DNA of 64,000 nt from an uncultured Gemmatimonadota bacterium (GTDB taxonomy: Bacteria > SM23-81 > DAOVCL01), in the NCBI GenBank assembly GCA_964626665.1, contig CAZVGK010000017.1:1-64000 (forward strand), given 5' to 3'. Position 1 is the first letter of the stretch. Each line of letters begins with the position of its first letter. The notes under the pieces are model-generated. The model was not told where the DNA came from, searched no databases, and worked only from the letters and a program-made list of their open reading frames with translations. The position numbers were made by a program, and so were the translations under genes. This document shows positions 1-8,628 of this stretch, one piece after another.

Positions 1-139
1 AATCATAGCAGTAGTAGCGCTTATGGCTCTTAGATCCTTGATTTACAGAGAAAGAACCATATCGTTTGGTATGGAGTCCATAGCAATATGGGCACCGGAC
101 CCGTCTCCTTGCTTTACTTATTCTGGACTCCTGTGGCAA
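1..139 (-). CDS. Partial (runs off window) transposase N-terminus with IS1/InsA-like zinc finger
   Basis: Manual translation from TTG at 139: PQESRISKARRRVRCPYCYGLHTKRYG...HKRYYCYD, a CPxC...YG...RYxCxxC pattern typical of InsA-like domains; not in the ORF track. Confidence 0.55.
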   Translation of the reverse strand, partial: MPQESRISKARRRVRCPYCYGLHTKRYGSFSVNQGSKSHKRYYCYD

Positions 140-382
140 GTAATAAGACCTTATTCCCGTTACTATACCACAGAAAGCTTTGATTTACTTAGAGATTCTC
201 AATTTCAAAAAGCAGATTACTAACAATTTCCGATACGCCACCAATCCTTAAGTTCTTTCTGCTCCACCATCCATACACTATGCCCTAACCCCAAAAATAT
301 ACAAATCACCACCCGATGTCAAGCCAAACTTCCTTCGGGTTTGTCCATTTGACCCATCTTCAAGGAAAAGACCATTCTGAAC

Positions 383-411
383 TTGACAGGGGGAAATAAG
401 TTTGTTATTTT
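383..411 (+). promoter_or_regulatory. Putative sigma70 promoter upstream of the EF-G paralog
   Basis: TTGACA-N17-TATTTT. Confidence 0.45.
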
Positions 412-555
412 ACCTCCTAACCTGTTTTAATCATCAGTTTGTGAATGATATCTTAAACTGCCAAAAGGAAAACGGACAGGCCTCCGCCCAACTAACATTC
501 AGGTCAAGTTGCGGTCTGTTCCTCTAAAACCATAGTCTAAACTAAGGAGGAGTGG

Positions 556-2619
556 GTGAAGGAATATAAGGTTGAAGAGATTCGCAATCTTAGTTTGGTG
601 GGACACGGAGGGGTGGGAAAGACCTCCTTGGCAGAAGCCTTGCTCTTTTCCGCTAATCGCATAACCAGAATGGGAAAGATAGAGGAGGGATCCACCCAGT
701 CGGACTATAGTCAGGATGAGATAGAGAGACAGATCTCCATATCTACTTCTCTCCTCCATCTGGATTGGAAGTCACACAGGTTTAACATCCTGGATACACC
801 AGGGTATACCGATTTTGTTGGGGAGGTGATCAGCGCCCTGAGGGTTTCTGATGGGGCTGTGGTGTTCCTGGGCTCCACATCCGGGGTGGAGGTGGGAACA
901 GAGGTGGTCTGGGAGTATGCCAAGAAGTATGATCTGCCCTGCCTCTTGTTCATCAACCAGATGGAGAAAGAACATGCCGATTTCTTCAAGGTGCTCAGCG
1001 GGGCGGTGGAGAATTTCGGCGCGGCAGTCGTTCCCTTGCAGCTTCCTCTAGGTCAGGGCCCCGATTTTAAGGGAATAATCGATTTAGTGAGCGGCAAAAC
1101 CTACCATCTGCCTTCTGGGGAAGAGGCCAAGGTCCCCGGGGATATGGAGGGGAAAGTTAAGGAGTTTAGGGAAAAGCTGATGGATGGTGTAGCCGAATCT
1201 GATGACGCACTCCTGGAAAAGTATCTGGATAAAGGAGAGCTATCTACAGAGGAGCTCAGGGAGGGGTTAAGAAAGGGAGTAAGGGAAAGGCTCCTCTTTC
1301 CCCTCCTCTGTGGATCAGGGACCGGCAATCTAGGAACCCACCAGCTCTTAGATGGAATTGTCAACTACCTTCCCTCACCCGCAGATCTCCCTTCCCCTGA
1401 GGGAAAGCCTCCAGGCAGCGATAAGGTGGAGAAGAGGGAGGTAAAAGTGGAGGCCCCGACGAGTTCCCTCGTTTTTAAGATTATCTCTGAGCCCCATGTG
1501 GGGGAACTCGCCCTCTTCCGGGTCTACTCCGGCAGCCTGAAATCGGGAGATGAGGTGTTAAATTCCAGCCGAGGGCACAATGAGAAGATCGGTCAGATAT
1601 ACGCTATCAACGGCAAGGAGAGAAGTGAGGTGGGCAGGGTCTCAATGGGGGATATGGGAGCTCTGGTCAAGCTAAAGGATACCCATACCGGGGATACCCT
1701 GTGTGAGAGGTCCCATCCCATAAGCTTCCCAGGGATAGATTTTCCCAAGCCAGTGATCCGGATCGCCATAGAGCCAAAGACAAAGGGCGATGAGGAGAGG
1801 ATCGGCAATGGCTTAAACAAGCTGAGGAATGAGGATCCCACATTCTTCACCCAGATAGACAGCGAGATAAAGCAGACGATCATCTCTGGCTTAGGGGAGC
1901 TCCATTTAGAGGTTATTGTGGGAAAGCTGAAGAGGAAGTTTGGGGTAGATGTAGACCTGGTGAAACCTAAAATCCCTTATAAAGAAACCATCTTGAGGAA
2001 AGCTGAGGCCCAGGGGAAGTATAAGAAACAAACCGGGGGAAGGGGACAATATGGGGATGCCTGGCTGCGCATAGAACCACTTCCCCAGGGAGGGGGCTTT
2101 GAATTCGTGAATGCCGTTGTGGGGGGAGCCATCCCTTCCAAGTACATTCCAGCAGTAGAAAAGGGGGTCAGGGAGGCAATGAACGAGGGGATCTTGGCCG
2201 GCTATCTCCTGGTTGACCTGAAAATTACCCTCTACGATGGCAGCTACCATTCCGTGGATTCCTCTGACCTGGCTTTCAAGATAGCAGGCTCCCTGGCCCT
2301 CAAGAAGGCCTTTATGGATGCTAAACCCGTCCTCCTGGAACCAATCTACAACCTGGAGGTTACGGTGCCTGAGGATTTTTTGGGTGAGGTGATGGGGGAC
2401 CTCTCCAGCCGCCGGGGGAAAATCCAGGGGGTAACCCCTTCCGGGCAATTTAAGAGGATAAAAGCCCAGGCCCCCTTGGCTGAGCTATACAAATATTCTA
2501 CCACCCTGCGTTCCCTTACCCAAGGGAGAGGGATGCACACCATGGATTTCTCCCATTATGAGGAGGTCCCCAAGGAATTAAGCAGTAGGATTGTTGCCGA
2601 GGCAAAGGAATCGCCGTGA
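556..2619 (+). CDS. fusA: Elongation factor G paralog (EF-G2/EF-G-like)
   Basis: GHGGVGKTS P-loop, DTPG, KKQTGGRGQYG, GSYHSVDSS; SD AGGAGG before GTG; located outside the str operon with divergent G motifs. Confidence 0.92.
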   Translation: MKEYKVEEIRNLSLVGHGGVGKTSLAEALLFSANRITRMGKIEEGSTQSDYSQDEIERQISISTSLLHLDWKSHRFNILDTPGYTDFVGEVISALRVSDGAVVFLGSTSGVEVGTEVVWEYAKKYDLPCLLFINQMEKEHADFFKVLSGAVENFGAAVVPLQLPLGQGPDFKGIIDLVSGKTYHLPSGEEAKVPGDMEGKVKEFREKLMDGVAESDDALLEKYLDKGELSTEELREGLRKGVRERLLFPLLCGSGTGNLGTHQLLDGIVNYLPSPADLPSPEGKPPGSDKVEKREVKVEAPTSSLVFKIISEPHVGELALFRVYSGSLKSGDEVLNSSRGHNEKIGQIYAINGKERSEVGRVSMGDMGALVKLKDTHTGDTLCERSHPISFPGIDFPKPVIRIAIEPKTKGDEERIGNGLNKLRNEDPTFFTQIDSEIKQTIISGLGELHLEVIVGKLKRKFGVDVDLVKPKIPYKETILRKAEAQGKYKKQTGGRGQYGDAWLRIEPLPQGGGFEFVNAVVGGAIPSKYIPAVEKGVREAMNEGILAGYLLVDLKITLYDGSYHSVDSSDLAFKIAGSLALKKAFMDAKPVLLEPIYNLEVTVPEDFLGEVMGDLSSRRGKIQGVTPSGQFKRIKAQAPLAELYKYSTTLRSLTQGRGMHTMDFSHYEEVPKELSSRIVAEAKESP

Positions 2620-2811
2620 GGGCGAAAAGGACTGCAGCGGAGGTTATACTCAGGGATAGCCTTTTCTCCTCATTGATGATTATACTGCAAGAATGTTGAA
2701 ATTTGGTAGCCGGAACCTTCTACTTGGTGAGCAATTGATTTATGGGGTTTTAGCTTACTGTAGCCATCAGCTACCCATTGGAGGTTTTCCCAGTTGACCA
2801 TTGATAACCAA

Positions 2812-2890
2812 AGAATTTCCATTTTTAGGCAGGGTGGTCCAGATAAAGCAAAAATCCCCTAAATCCCGTTACCCTGTCAGAAAAGTCCCG
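2812..2890 (+). repeat. Degenerate copy of the GACAGGAT...ATCCTGTC intergenic repeat family
   Basis: AAAATCCCCTAAATCCCGTTACCCTGTCAGAAAAGTCC matches the reverse complement of the 61460-61500 copy. Confidence 0.6.
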
Positions 2891-2907
2891 CCACAGGGTG
2901 GTGGGCT

Positions 2908-4389
2908 TTGCTGAAGGCTTTAAAGAGGCTCATCCCCCTCTTGCTCATTCTCCTTTGGGGGGAAGCGATTTGCGGAGAGTTGGGAGGGGGATATATCCCC
3001 TGGGGAAACCCCACCTATGAGGCCATCGCTCAGCTTAAACTGCAGGGCCTCTTCGCGGATCTCTCCCCTTTGTCCTTCCCCTACACCCAGGAGGAAGTGG
3101 CTGCAGGAATCAGGGGTGCCTTACGGGATTTGCAGATGGGGAAGAGGAAGCTTTCCCCTTATTACCTTTGCCTTTTAAACAGATTAAAGAAGGAGTGGGG
3201 GACAGGCTTCCCCAGAGGGGAGCTTTCCCTCTCTCCTGTGCTTAAGCTTGCCGGAGGGAGAAAGAGGAGGCCGCAGAACAGCCTTTCCCTTACCGGGGAG
3301 GCTTCCCTAAGGGTTACCCCCTCCCTTCTCTTCAGCCAGGGAATTAGGGTAGAGGAGGGGAATTGGCATCCCCCCTGGGTCCTGGCCCGTCCCTGGAAGA
3401 AGAACCTTTGGGGAGCAACCCCCTATGCCTATATTAGATGGCAATCCCAGGGGTTCTACTTCCTTATAGGCAGGCAGGCCTTAAAATGGGGGCCATCACC
3501 CCAGGTATCACTTTTGTTAGGGGATAACTCCCCTTTCTTTGATCAAATCCGGTTGGGATTTAAAATGGGTCGGCTGAGGTTTATCTCCCTCTCCACTGTG
3601 CTGGATGATCTGGGTGGAGCCCACCGCTATCTCTCGGCCCACCGCATAGAGGTGAGGCCGCAGCAGGGGTTAAGCCTGGGGCTTTCTGAGGTGGTGCTCT
3701 ACGGGGGAAAGGGGAGACAACCTGAGCTCTCTTATTTAAACCCCCTCCCTATATACTACGGCGGACAGTTCAACCACCGGGAGGATGACAACATCCTTCT
3801 TGGGGGTGACTTCTCCTGGTATTTCCACTGGGGCAGGATCTATGGGGAGCTGCTCATCGATGATTTTCAATACGACTTCCACAGCGAGCCGCAGCAGATA
3901 GGGATAGATGGGGGGATCGACCTGACAACCCGGACCGGGGTCCGGTTTAACCTGGAATATACCAGGGTAAACAACTGGGTATATGGACAGAACAGGCCTT
4001 GGAATAGATATACCTATCGCGGGAGAATAATCGGATGGGAAATGGGCCCTGATGCCGATCAGCTCTTTTCTGCCCTCCTCTACCCATTGAGGGCCGATCT
4101 GTGGACCAGGCTCTCCCTCCGCCTGAGGAGAAAGGGGGAGGGGAGGGTGGATACGTCCCAGCAATCTGCGGTCCCCTGGCCGAAGAGTTTTCCCTCCGGT
4201 AGGGTAGAGAGGAACTTCCTGCTGGGAGGGGAGGTTGGCTATTTCCCCCGTCCCTTCCTCCAACTGACCTTTGGACTTGGAGTGGAGGTACTGAGGAATG
4301 AGGCAAACATAAGGGGGAAGGGATTCAATTCCCCGACAACGAAACTTCAGGTATTCTACCGGTGGAAGAGGGCGGCAGAAATCCCCTGA
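2908..4389 (+). CDS. Capsule assembly Wzi-family outer-membrane protein
   Basis: Signal peptide; GRQALKWGP...LLLGDN, HRYLSAHRIE, LSEVVLYGG, YLNP, YGELLIDD motifs. Confidence 0.75.
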   Translation: MLKALKRLIPLLLILLWGEAICGELGGGYIPWGNPTYEAIAQLKLQGLFADLSPLSFPYTQEEVAAGIRGALRDLQMGKRKLSPYYLCLLNRLKKEWGTGFPRGELSLSPVLKLAGGRKRRPQNSLSLTGEASLRVTPSLLFSQGIRVEEGNWHPPWVLARPWKKNLWGATPYAYIRWQSQGFYFLIGRQALKWGPSPQVSLLLGDNSPFFDQIRLGFKMGRLRFISLSTVLDDLGGAHRYLSAHRIEVRPQQGLSLGLSEVVLYGGKGRQPELSYLNPLPIYYGGQFNHREDDNILLGGDFSWYFHWGRIYGELLIDDFQYDFHSEPQQIGIDGGIDLTTRTGVRFNLEYTRVNNWVYGQNRPWNRYTYRGRIIGWEMGPDADQLFSALLYPLRADLWTRLSLRLRRKGEGRVDTSQQSAVPWPKSFPSGRVERNFLLGGEVGYFPRPFLQLTFGLGVEVLRNEANIRGKGFNSPTTKLQVFYRWKRAAEIP

Positions 4390-5237
4390 TCTTAGACTCC
4401 TATGCCAAGATAAACCTGGGATTGAAGATCTTGGGCAGGATGGGGAGCTACCATCGGGTGGAAACCATCCTCCAGTCCATAGATCTGCGAGACAGGATTA
4501 CCTTTACACCTCAGGGGGAGGGGGCCATTATCTCCTCCTCTCATCCCCAGGTCCCCGCGGGGGAGAAAAACCTCTGTTATCGGGCCTGGAAGCTTCTCTC
4601 CCCGGAGAGAGGGGTGAGGATAGCCATAGAGAAGAGGATCCCGCTGGGGGGGGGATTAGGAGGAGGAAGCAGCAATGCGGCGGTTACCCTCTGGGCCCTA
4701 AACCATATCTGGGAGCTGGGCAAAAGCCGGGAGGAGCTTCTACGGCTTGCCGCTCAGGTGGGCACGGATGTCCCCTTTTTCTTACTGGGGGGGACTGTGC
4801 TCTGCGAGGGGAAAGGGGATATTCTAAAACCTTTGCCCCTCCTCCAAGGGGTATATTTTCTCTTGGTCAATCCTGGTTTTCAAATCTCTACCAGTTGGGC
4901 CTATAGCAGATGCAGTTTCGGCTTGACAAATATGGATAAATTTAGTAGAATTAAATTTTCACTTTCTCAAGCGGATTTTGCGCATATCCCTGAGGACTTT
5001 CCTAACGACTTAGAGGAGGTGGTCGCCGACAGATATCCCGTTATAAAGCGCATTAAAGAGAGGCTTTACGGATTTGGAGCCCAGGCGGCTTCCCTGAGCG
5101 GCAGCGGTCCCACGGTCTGGGGCCTCTTTCGGGAGGGCCGGGAGGCAATCAGGGCAGCCGAGCAATTGTCCAGGGAGGATGACTGGTGGATAGAGGTCAC
5201 CCATCCCGTAGCTACTGTTCTCCCAGAGGAGGGGTAA
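4362..5237 (+). CDS. ispE: 4-diphosphocytidyl-2-C-methyl-D-erythritol kinase
   Basis: AKINLGL, KRIPLGGGLGGGSSNAA, GTDVPFF, LSGSGPTV. Confidence 0.95.
   Translation: MEEGGRNPLILDSYAKINLGLKILGRMGSYHRVETILQSIDLRDRITFTPQGEGAIISSSHPQVPAGEKNLCYRAWKLLSPERGVRIAIEKRIPLGGGLGGGSSNAAVTLWALNHIWELGKSREELLRLAAQVGTDVPFFLLGGTVLCEGKGDILKPLPLLQGVYFLLVNPGFQISTSWAYSRCSFGLTNMDKFSRIKFSLSQADFAHIPEDFPNDLEEVVADRYPVIKRIKERLYGFGAQAASLSGSGPTVWGLFREGREAIRAAEQLSREDDWWIEVTHPVATVLPEEG
4923..4951 (+). promoter_or_regulatory. Near-consensus sigma70 promoter inside ispE, facing spoVG-tRNA-prs
   Basis: TTGACA-N17-TAGAAT within an AT-rich patch of the CDS. Confidence 0.6.
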
Positions 5238-5240
5238 AAA

Positions 5241-5507
5241 TTGGAGATAACAGATATTAGGATCAGCTTAAGGGATGAGGAGAAGCTGAAGGCATTTGCT
5301 GATGTGACCTTCGACGACTCCTTTGTAGTGAAGGGGATGAGGGTGATAAACGGGACAAGGGGGTATTTTGTCTCTATGCCCTCAAGGCGCCGCAAGGATG
5401 GCACCTTCCAGGATATCGCCCATCCGGTGAACGCCGAGACCAGGAAGTTGATTGAGGAGAAGGTTATCGCTGCCTATCAAAAGGAGAGGGATAAGTTAAG
5501 CGATTGA
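5241..5507 (+). CDS. spoVG: SpoVG family nucleic-acid-binding protein
   Basis: EITDIRI...LKAFADVTFDD...FVSMPSRR...DIAHP; conserved ispE-spoVG-prs synteny. Confidence 0.95.
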   Translation: MEITDIRISLRDEEKLKAFADVTFDDSFVVKGMRVINGTRGYFVSMPSRRRKDGTFQDIAHPVNAETRKLIEEKVIAAYQKERDKLSD

Positions 5508-5514
5508 GGATTGC

Positions 5515-5588
5515 TCGGGGGTCGTCTAAGGGCAGGACAATGGCCTTTGGAGCCATTAATGATGGTTCGAATCCATCCCCTCGAGCCA
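5515..5588 (+). tRNA. tRNA-Gln (anticodon TTG)
   Basis: Acceptor stem TCGGGGG/CCCTCGA with U1-A72, anticodon stem ATGGC/GCCAT around CTTTGGA, T-loop GGTTCGAATCC, encoded CCA. Confidence 0.95.
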
Positions 5589-5801
5589 GATTTGCTCCCC
5601 CCGGTCGCTAACCTGAGAGGATCTCCCACCCCTTTGGTGATCCACAGCGCTCTGCTTTTGCGGATTGGTAATTGCCTCCCGAGGAAGGGGAAGTGATCTC
5701 CTGCGGTCAGGCCTTTGATCCGATGGGGAATAGCGATAAGTGACCTCCATTTTCTGATGAGGTACGGTTTAACTGGAAAATTTTTATTGCCCTAAGGAGG
5801 G

Positions 5802-6740
5802 ATGATGCCTTTTGAGCTAAAGCTTTTGGCCGGGAATTCCAACCCCCCGCTGGCCGAGAAGATCAGCCGCTATTTGGGGGTTCCCCTGACCGATGCCGAT
5901 GTCTCCCGTTTCCAGGATGGGGAGGTATCTGTAAAGATACGCGAGAATATTAGGGGGACAGACCTCTTTATTATCCAATCCACCCAGGTCCCCGCCGATA
6001 ACCTTATTGAACTTCTGGTGATGATCGACGCGGCCCGCCGGGCCTCTGCCCGCGGGATAACTGCAGTGGTCCCCTACTTTGGGTATGCTCGTCAGGACAG
6101 GAAAGATCAGCCCCGGGTCCCTATCTCGGCCAAACTTATGGCCAACCTGATTACCACTGCCGGGGCAAACAGGGTCTTAACTATGGATCTCCATGCCTCT
6201 CAGATCCAAGGTTTCTTTGATATTCCCCTGGATCACCTCTACTCCTCACCCATATTCCTCAAGGTTTTTTCGGAGATGAACCTCTCCAACCTGGTGGTTG
6301 TAGCCCCAGACCCCGGGGGGGTACATATGGCTCGGGCCTATGCCAAGAGACTGGGGGCCTCCCTGGCCTTCATTGACAAGAGGAGGCCAAACAAGGATAA
6401 AGCCGAGGTAATGCATGTGGTGGGGAGAGTAAAGGGCAAAACTGTGATAATTCAGGACGATATCATCAATACCGGAGAGACCCTGACCAAAGGGGCTTGG
6501 GCCATCAAGGAGAGGGGAGCTCAGGAGGTCTATGCCTGCTGCACCCATCCCGTGCTCTCCTCGGGGGCCGTAGAGAGGGTGGAAGAGTCCCCTATCTGTA
6601 GGCTTTTGGTCACCGATACCATCCCCTTAAGGGAGGAGGTTAACTCAAGAAAGATCGAAGTGGTAAGCATCTCCGACCTCCTGGGCGAGGCAATTAAGCG
6701 AATCCATCGGGAGGAGTCGGTAAGTTCCCTTTTTTACTAA
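5802..6740 (+). CDS. prs: Ribose-phosphate pyrophosphokinase
   Basis: PYFGYARQDRK, DLHASQIQGFF, DDIINTGET. Confidence 0.97.
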   Translation: MMPFELKLLAGNSNPPLAEKISRYLGVPLTDADVSRFQDGEVSVKIRENIRGTDLFIIQSTQVPADNLIELLVMIDAARRASARGITAVVPYFGYARQDRKDQPRVPISAKLMANLITTAGANRVLTMDLHASQIQGFFDIPLDHLYSSPIFLKVFSEMNLSNLVVVAPDPGGVHMARAYAKRLGASLAFIDKRRPNKDKAEVMHVVGRVKGKTVIIQDDIINTGETLTKGAWAIKERGAQEVYACCTHPVLSSGAVERVEESPICRLLVTDTIPLREEVNSRKIEVVSISDLLGEAIKRIHREESVSSLFY

Positions 6741-6848
6741 AAAAGGCTACCAGTTTACGGCGGTCAGGGATCAGGAAGAATCTCTGACAACTGATTGCTG
6801 ATTGCTTACCCCTGATCCCTGTGAACTGTTTTCAAAAAAGGAGAGAGT

Positions 6849-7505
6849 ATGAGGGAGATAAAATTGGAGGCAAAGAAAAGGGAAGTTGTGGGCAAAGGCG
6901 CCTGCAGGAAACTGAGGAGGGAGGGGAGGATACCGGCCATCCTCTACGGACCAGGGGAGAAATCAATCCCTCTCACCGTAGATGAGGATACCTTTACCTA
7001 TCTCTACCGCAGTTTACAGGGAGGGAATGCAGTATTTAATCTTGACCTGGGAGGTGGTAGGGGGAAGAAGACGATACTTAAGGAACTGCAAAGGCAACCT
7101 TTTAGTAGAAGGATCGTTCATATAGATTTTGAGCACATCTCCCTGCGGAAGAGGATAACAGTTGAAGTCCCCATCCATCTCATCGGTATCCCCAGGGGAG
7201 TTAAAGAAGGGGGAGGGGTGCTGGAGCACATCCTCAGGGAAGTGGAGATAGAATGCCTGCCCACAGACATTCCAGAGCATATAGAGGTAGATGTATCCGG
7301 GCTGGGCATTGGTGACTCAATTCATTTGGAAGATTTAGAGATCCCCAATGCCCAGATGTTGACTGCCGCAGGGAGACCCGTGGCCACCGTCCTTCCTCCT
7401 ACTGTTTATAAGGAGGCTGAGATTGTTGAGGAGAAGCCTGAGGGCCTGGAGGAGAAACCGGCGGAGGAAGCCCTGGAAGAGGAAGAGAAAAAGGAGGAGA
7501 AATAG
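6849..7505 (+). CDS. rplY: 50S ribosomal protein L25 / Ctc
   Basis: RKLRREGRIPAILYG, HIDF, GVKEGGG, acidic tail; prs-rplY-pth synteny. Confidence 0.95.
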   Translation: MREIKLEAKKREVVGKGACRKLRREGRIPAILYGPGEKSIPLTVDEDTFTYLYRSLQGGNAVFNLDLGGGRGKKTILKELQRQPFSRRIVHIDFEHISLRKRITVEVPIHLIGIPRGVKEGGGVLEHILREVEIECLPTDIPEHIEVDVSGLGIGDSIHLEDLEIPNAQMLTAAGRPVATVLPPTVYKEAEIVEEKPEGLEEKPAEEALEEEEKKEEK

Positions 7506-7508
7506 AAT

Positions 7509-8063
7509 TTGATTGCCCTAATCGGCCTGGGAAATCCGGGGGAGGAATATTTGCAGACGAGGCATAACATAGGCTTTAGGATTGTTGACTCCCTGAGCAA
7601 AAACCTCGGGGCAGAGTTTAAACCAGGAAAAGGGGAATATCTTATCGCCCAGGGTGAATATGAGAGGAACAGGCTTCTCTTAGTGAAACCCACAACTTAT
7701 GTGAACAGGAGTGGCCTAGCCGTAAGCCGGCTTCTCTCCCTTTTCCCCTTAGGGCTCTCCCAGCTTCTGGTCGTCTGCGACGATGTGAACCTCCCCTTGG
7801 GGAGGATTCGGATTAGACACAGAGGATCGGACGGAGGCCATAAGGGCTTGGCCTCCATTATCTACAATTTGGGAGAGGAGGGGTTCCCCAGGCTACGCAT
7901 GGGGATAGGTGGGGGAGAAAGGGATGACTTGGTCGATTTCGTTTTAGGGGGATTCACCCCGGCAGAGGAAGAGGTTATGGGGAAGGCGATAGAACGGGCG
8001 GCAGAAGCCTGTCTTTGCTTTGTGCAAGATGGCCTGGCGGAGGCAATGAACAGGTTTAATTAA
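7509..8063 (+). CDS. pth: Peptidyl-tRNA hydrolase
   Basis: GLGNPG, TRHNIGF, KPTTYVN, GGHKG, FPRLRMGIG. Confidence 0.95.
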   Translation: MIALIGLGNPGEEYLQTRHNIGFRIVDSLSKNLGAEFKPGKGEYLIAQGEYERNRLLLVKPTTYVNRSGLAVSRLLSLFPLGLSQLLVVCDDVNLPLGRIRIRHRGSDGGHKGLASIIYNLGEEGFPRLRMGIGGGERDDLVDFVLGGFTPAEEEVMGKAIERAAEACLCFVQDGLAEAMNRFN

Positions 8064-8076
8064 GATGGAGTAACCG

Positions 8077-8328
8077 ATGAAGTTTAAAAAAGTGTTGGTC
8101 AAGTGTGGGGCTCTCTACTGCGTTTATCGGGATGAGAGAGGGGAATGTACCGGAGAGATCTTGGCCATTGACTGTAAGAACCAAATTGAGTTGAGAGAGT
8201 ATAAGAGAACAGATGGGCAATGGGAATATGTGCATGGTGGATGTTGCACGAGTAATGGGGATAGGCGCCCGGCAAGTTGTATGATTCCATACAAAGATTT
8301 TACCGGGAAGATAATCAGGGAGATGTAG
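8077..8328 (+). CDS. Small Cys-rich protein (DUF1540-like N-terminus)
   Basis: SD GGAG; VKCGALYCVY...CTGEILAI pattern. Confidence 0.5.
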   Translation: MKFKKVLVKCGALYCVYRDERGECTGEILAIDCKNQIELREYKRTDGQWEYVHGGCCTSNGDRRPASCMIPYKDFTGKIIREM

Positions 8329-8368
8329 GAGGTAGCTGTTGTTAGGGAGTTGGATTCTTATCTATTTG

Positions 8369-8488
8369 GTGTCTGTCCGGAAATACCCCTATTCTTGTCA
8401 TTCCGGCCATCTTTAAGCCGGAATCTACTTGAAATCAGCAATGGGTTCCCGCTAACGGCGTGCGGGAATGACAAATTCGGACAGACCC
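8369..8488. mobile_element. ~120 bp MITE with GTGTCTGTCCG terminal inverted repeats (copy 1)
   Basis: Internal GTCATTCCGGC/GCCGGAATC and CCCGC...GCGGGAATGAC hairpins; flanks TATTTG/TATTTA; inverted copy at 35679-35799. Confidence 0.8.
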
Positions 8489-8628
8489 TATTTAGTGGCA
8501 AAAGAGAAACTCTCCCTCGGTCCTGCAGAGTGCAACCTATTGATATTACCGTAAGATCGGTTGCTGTAACGCTTTGGATTCCTGCAAGTTACATAACCCT
8601 TTAGTTTACTTAAACCTAAGGAGATGAT

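Noticed and set aside
5511-5750. ORFs 5511-5696 and 5556-5750
   Set aside because: They overlap tRNA-Gln; spurious.
6754-6830. L25 autoregulatory leader upstream of rplY
   Set aside because: The hairpin (CAGGGATCAGG/CCTGATCCCTG) with CTGATTG repeats resembles generic intergenic repeats; no specific support.
8350-8604. 84-aa ORF, and similar ORFs at 15636, 19088, 34791, 36637, 39563, 42754, 56848 and 61326
   Set aside because: They are translations of repeats, MITE bodies or attC sites, not independent genes.
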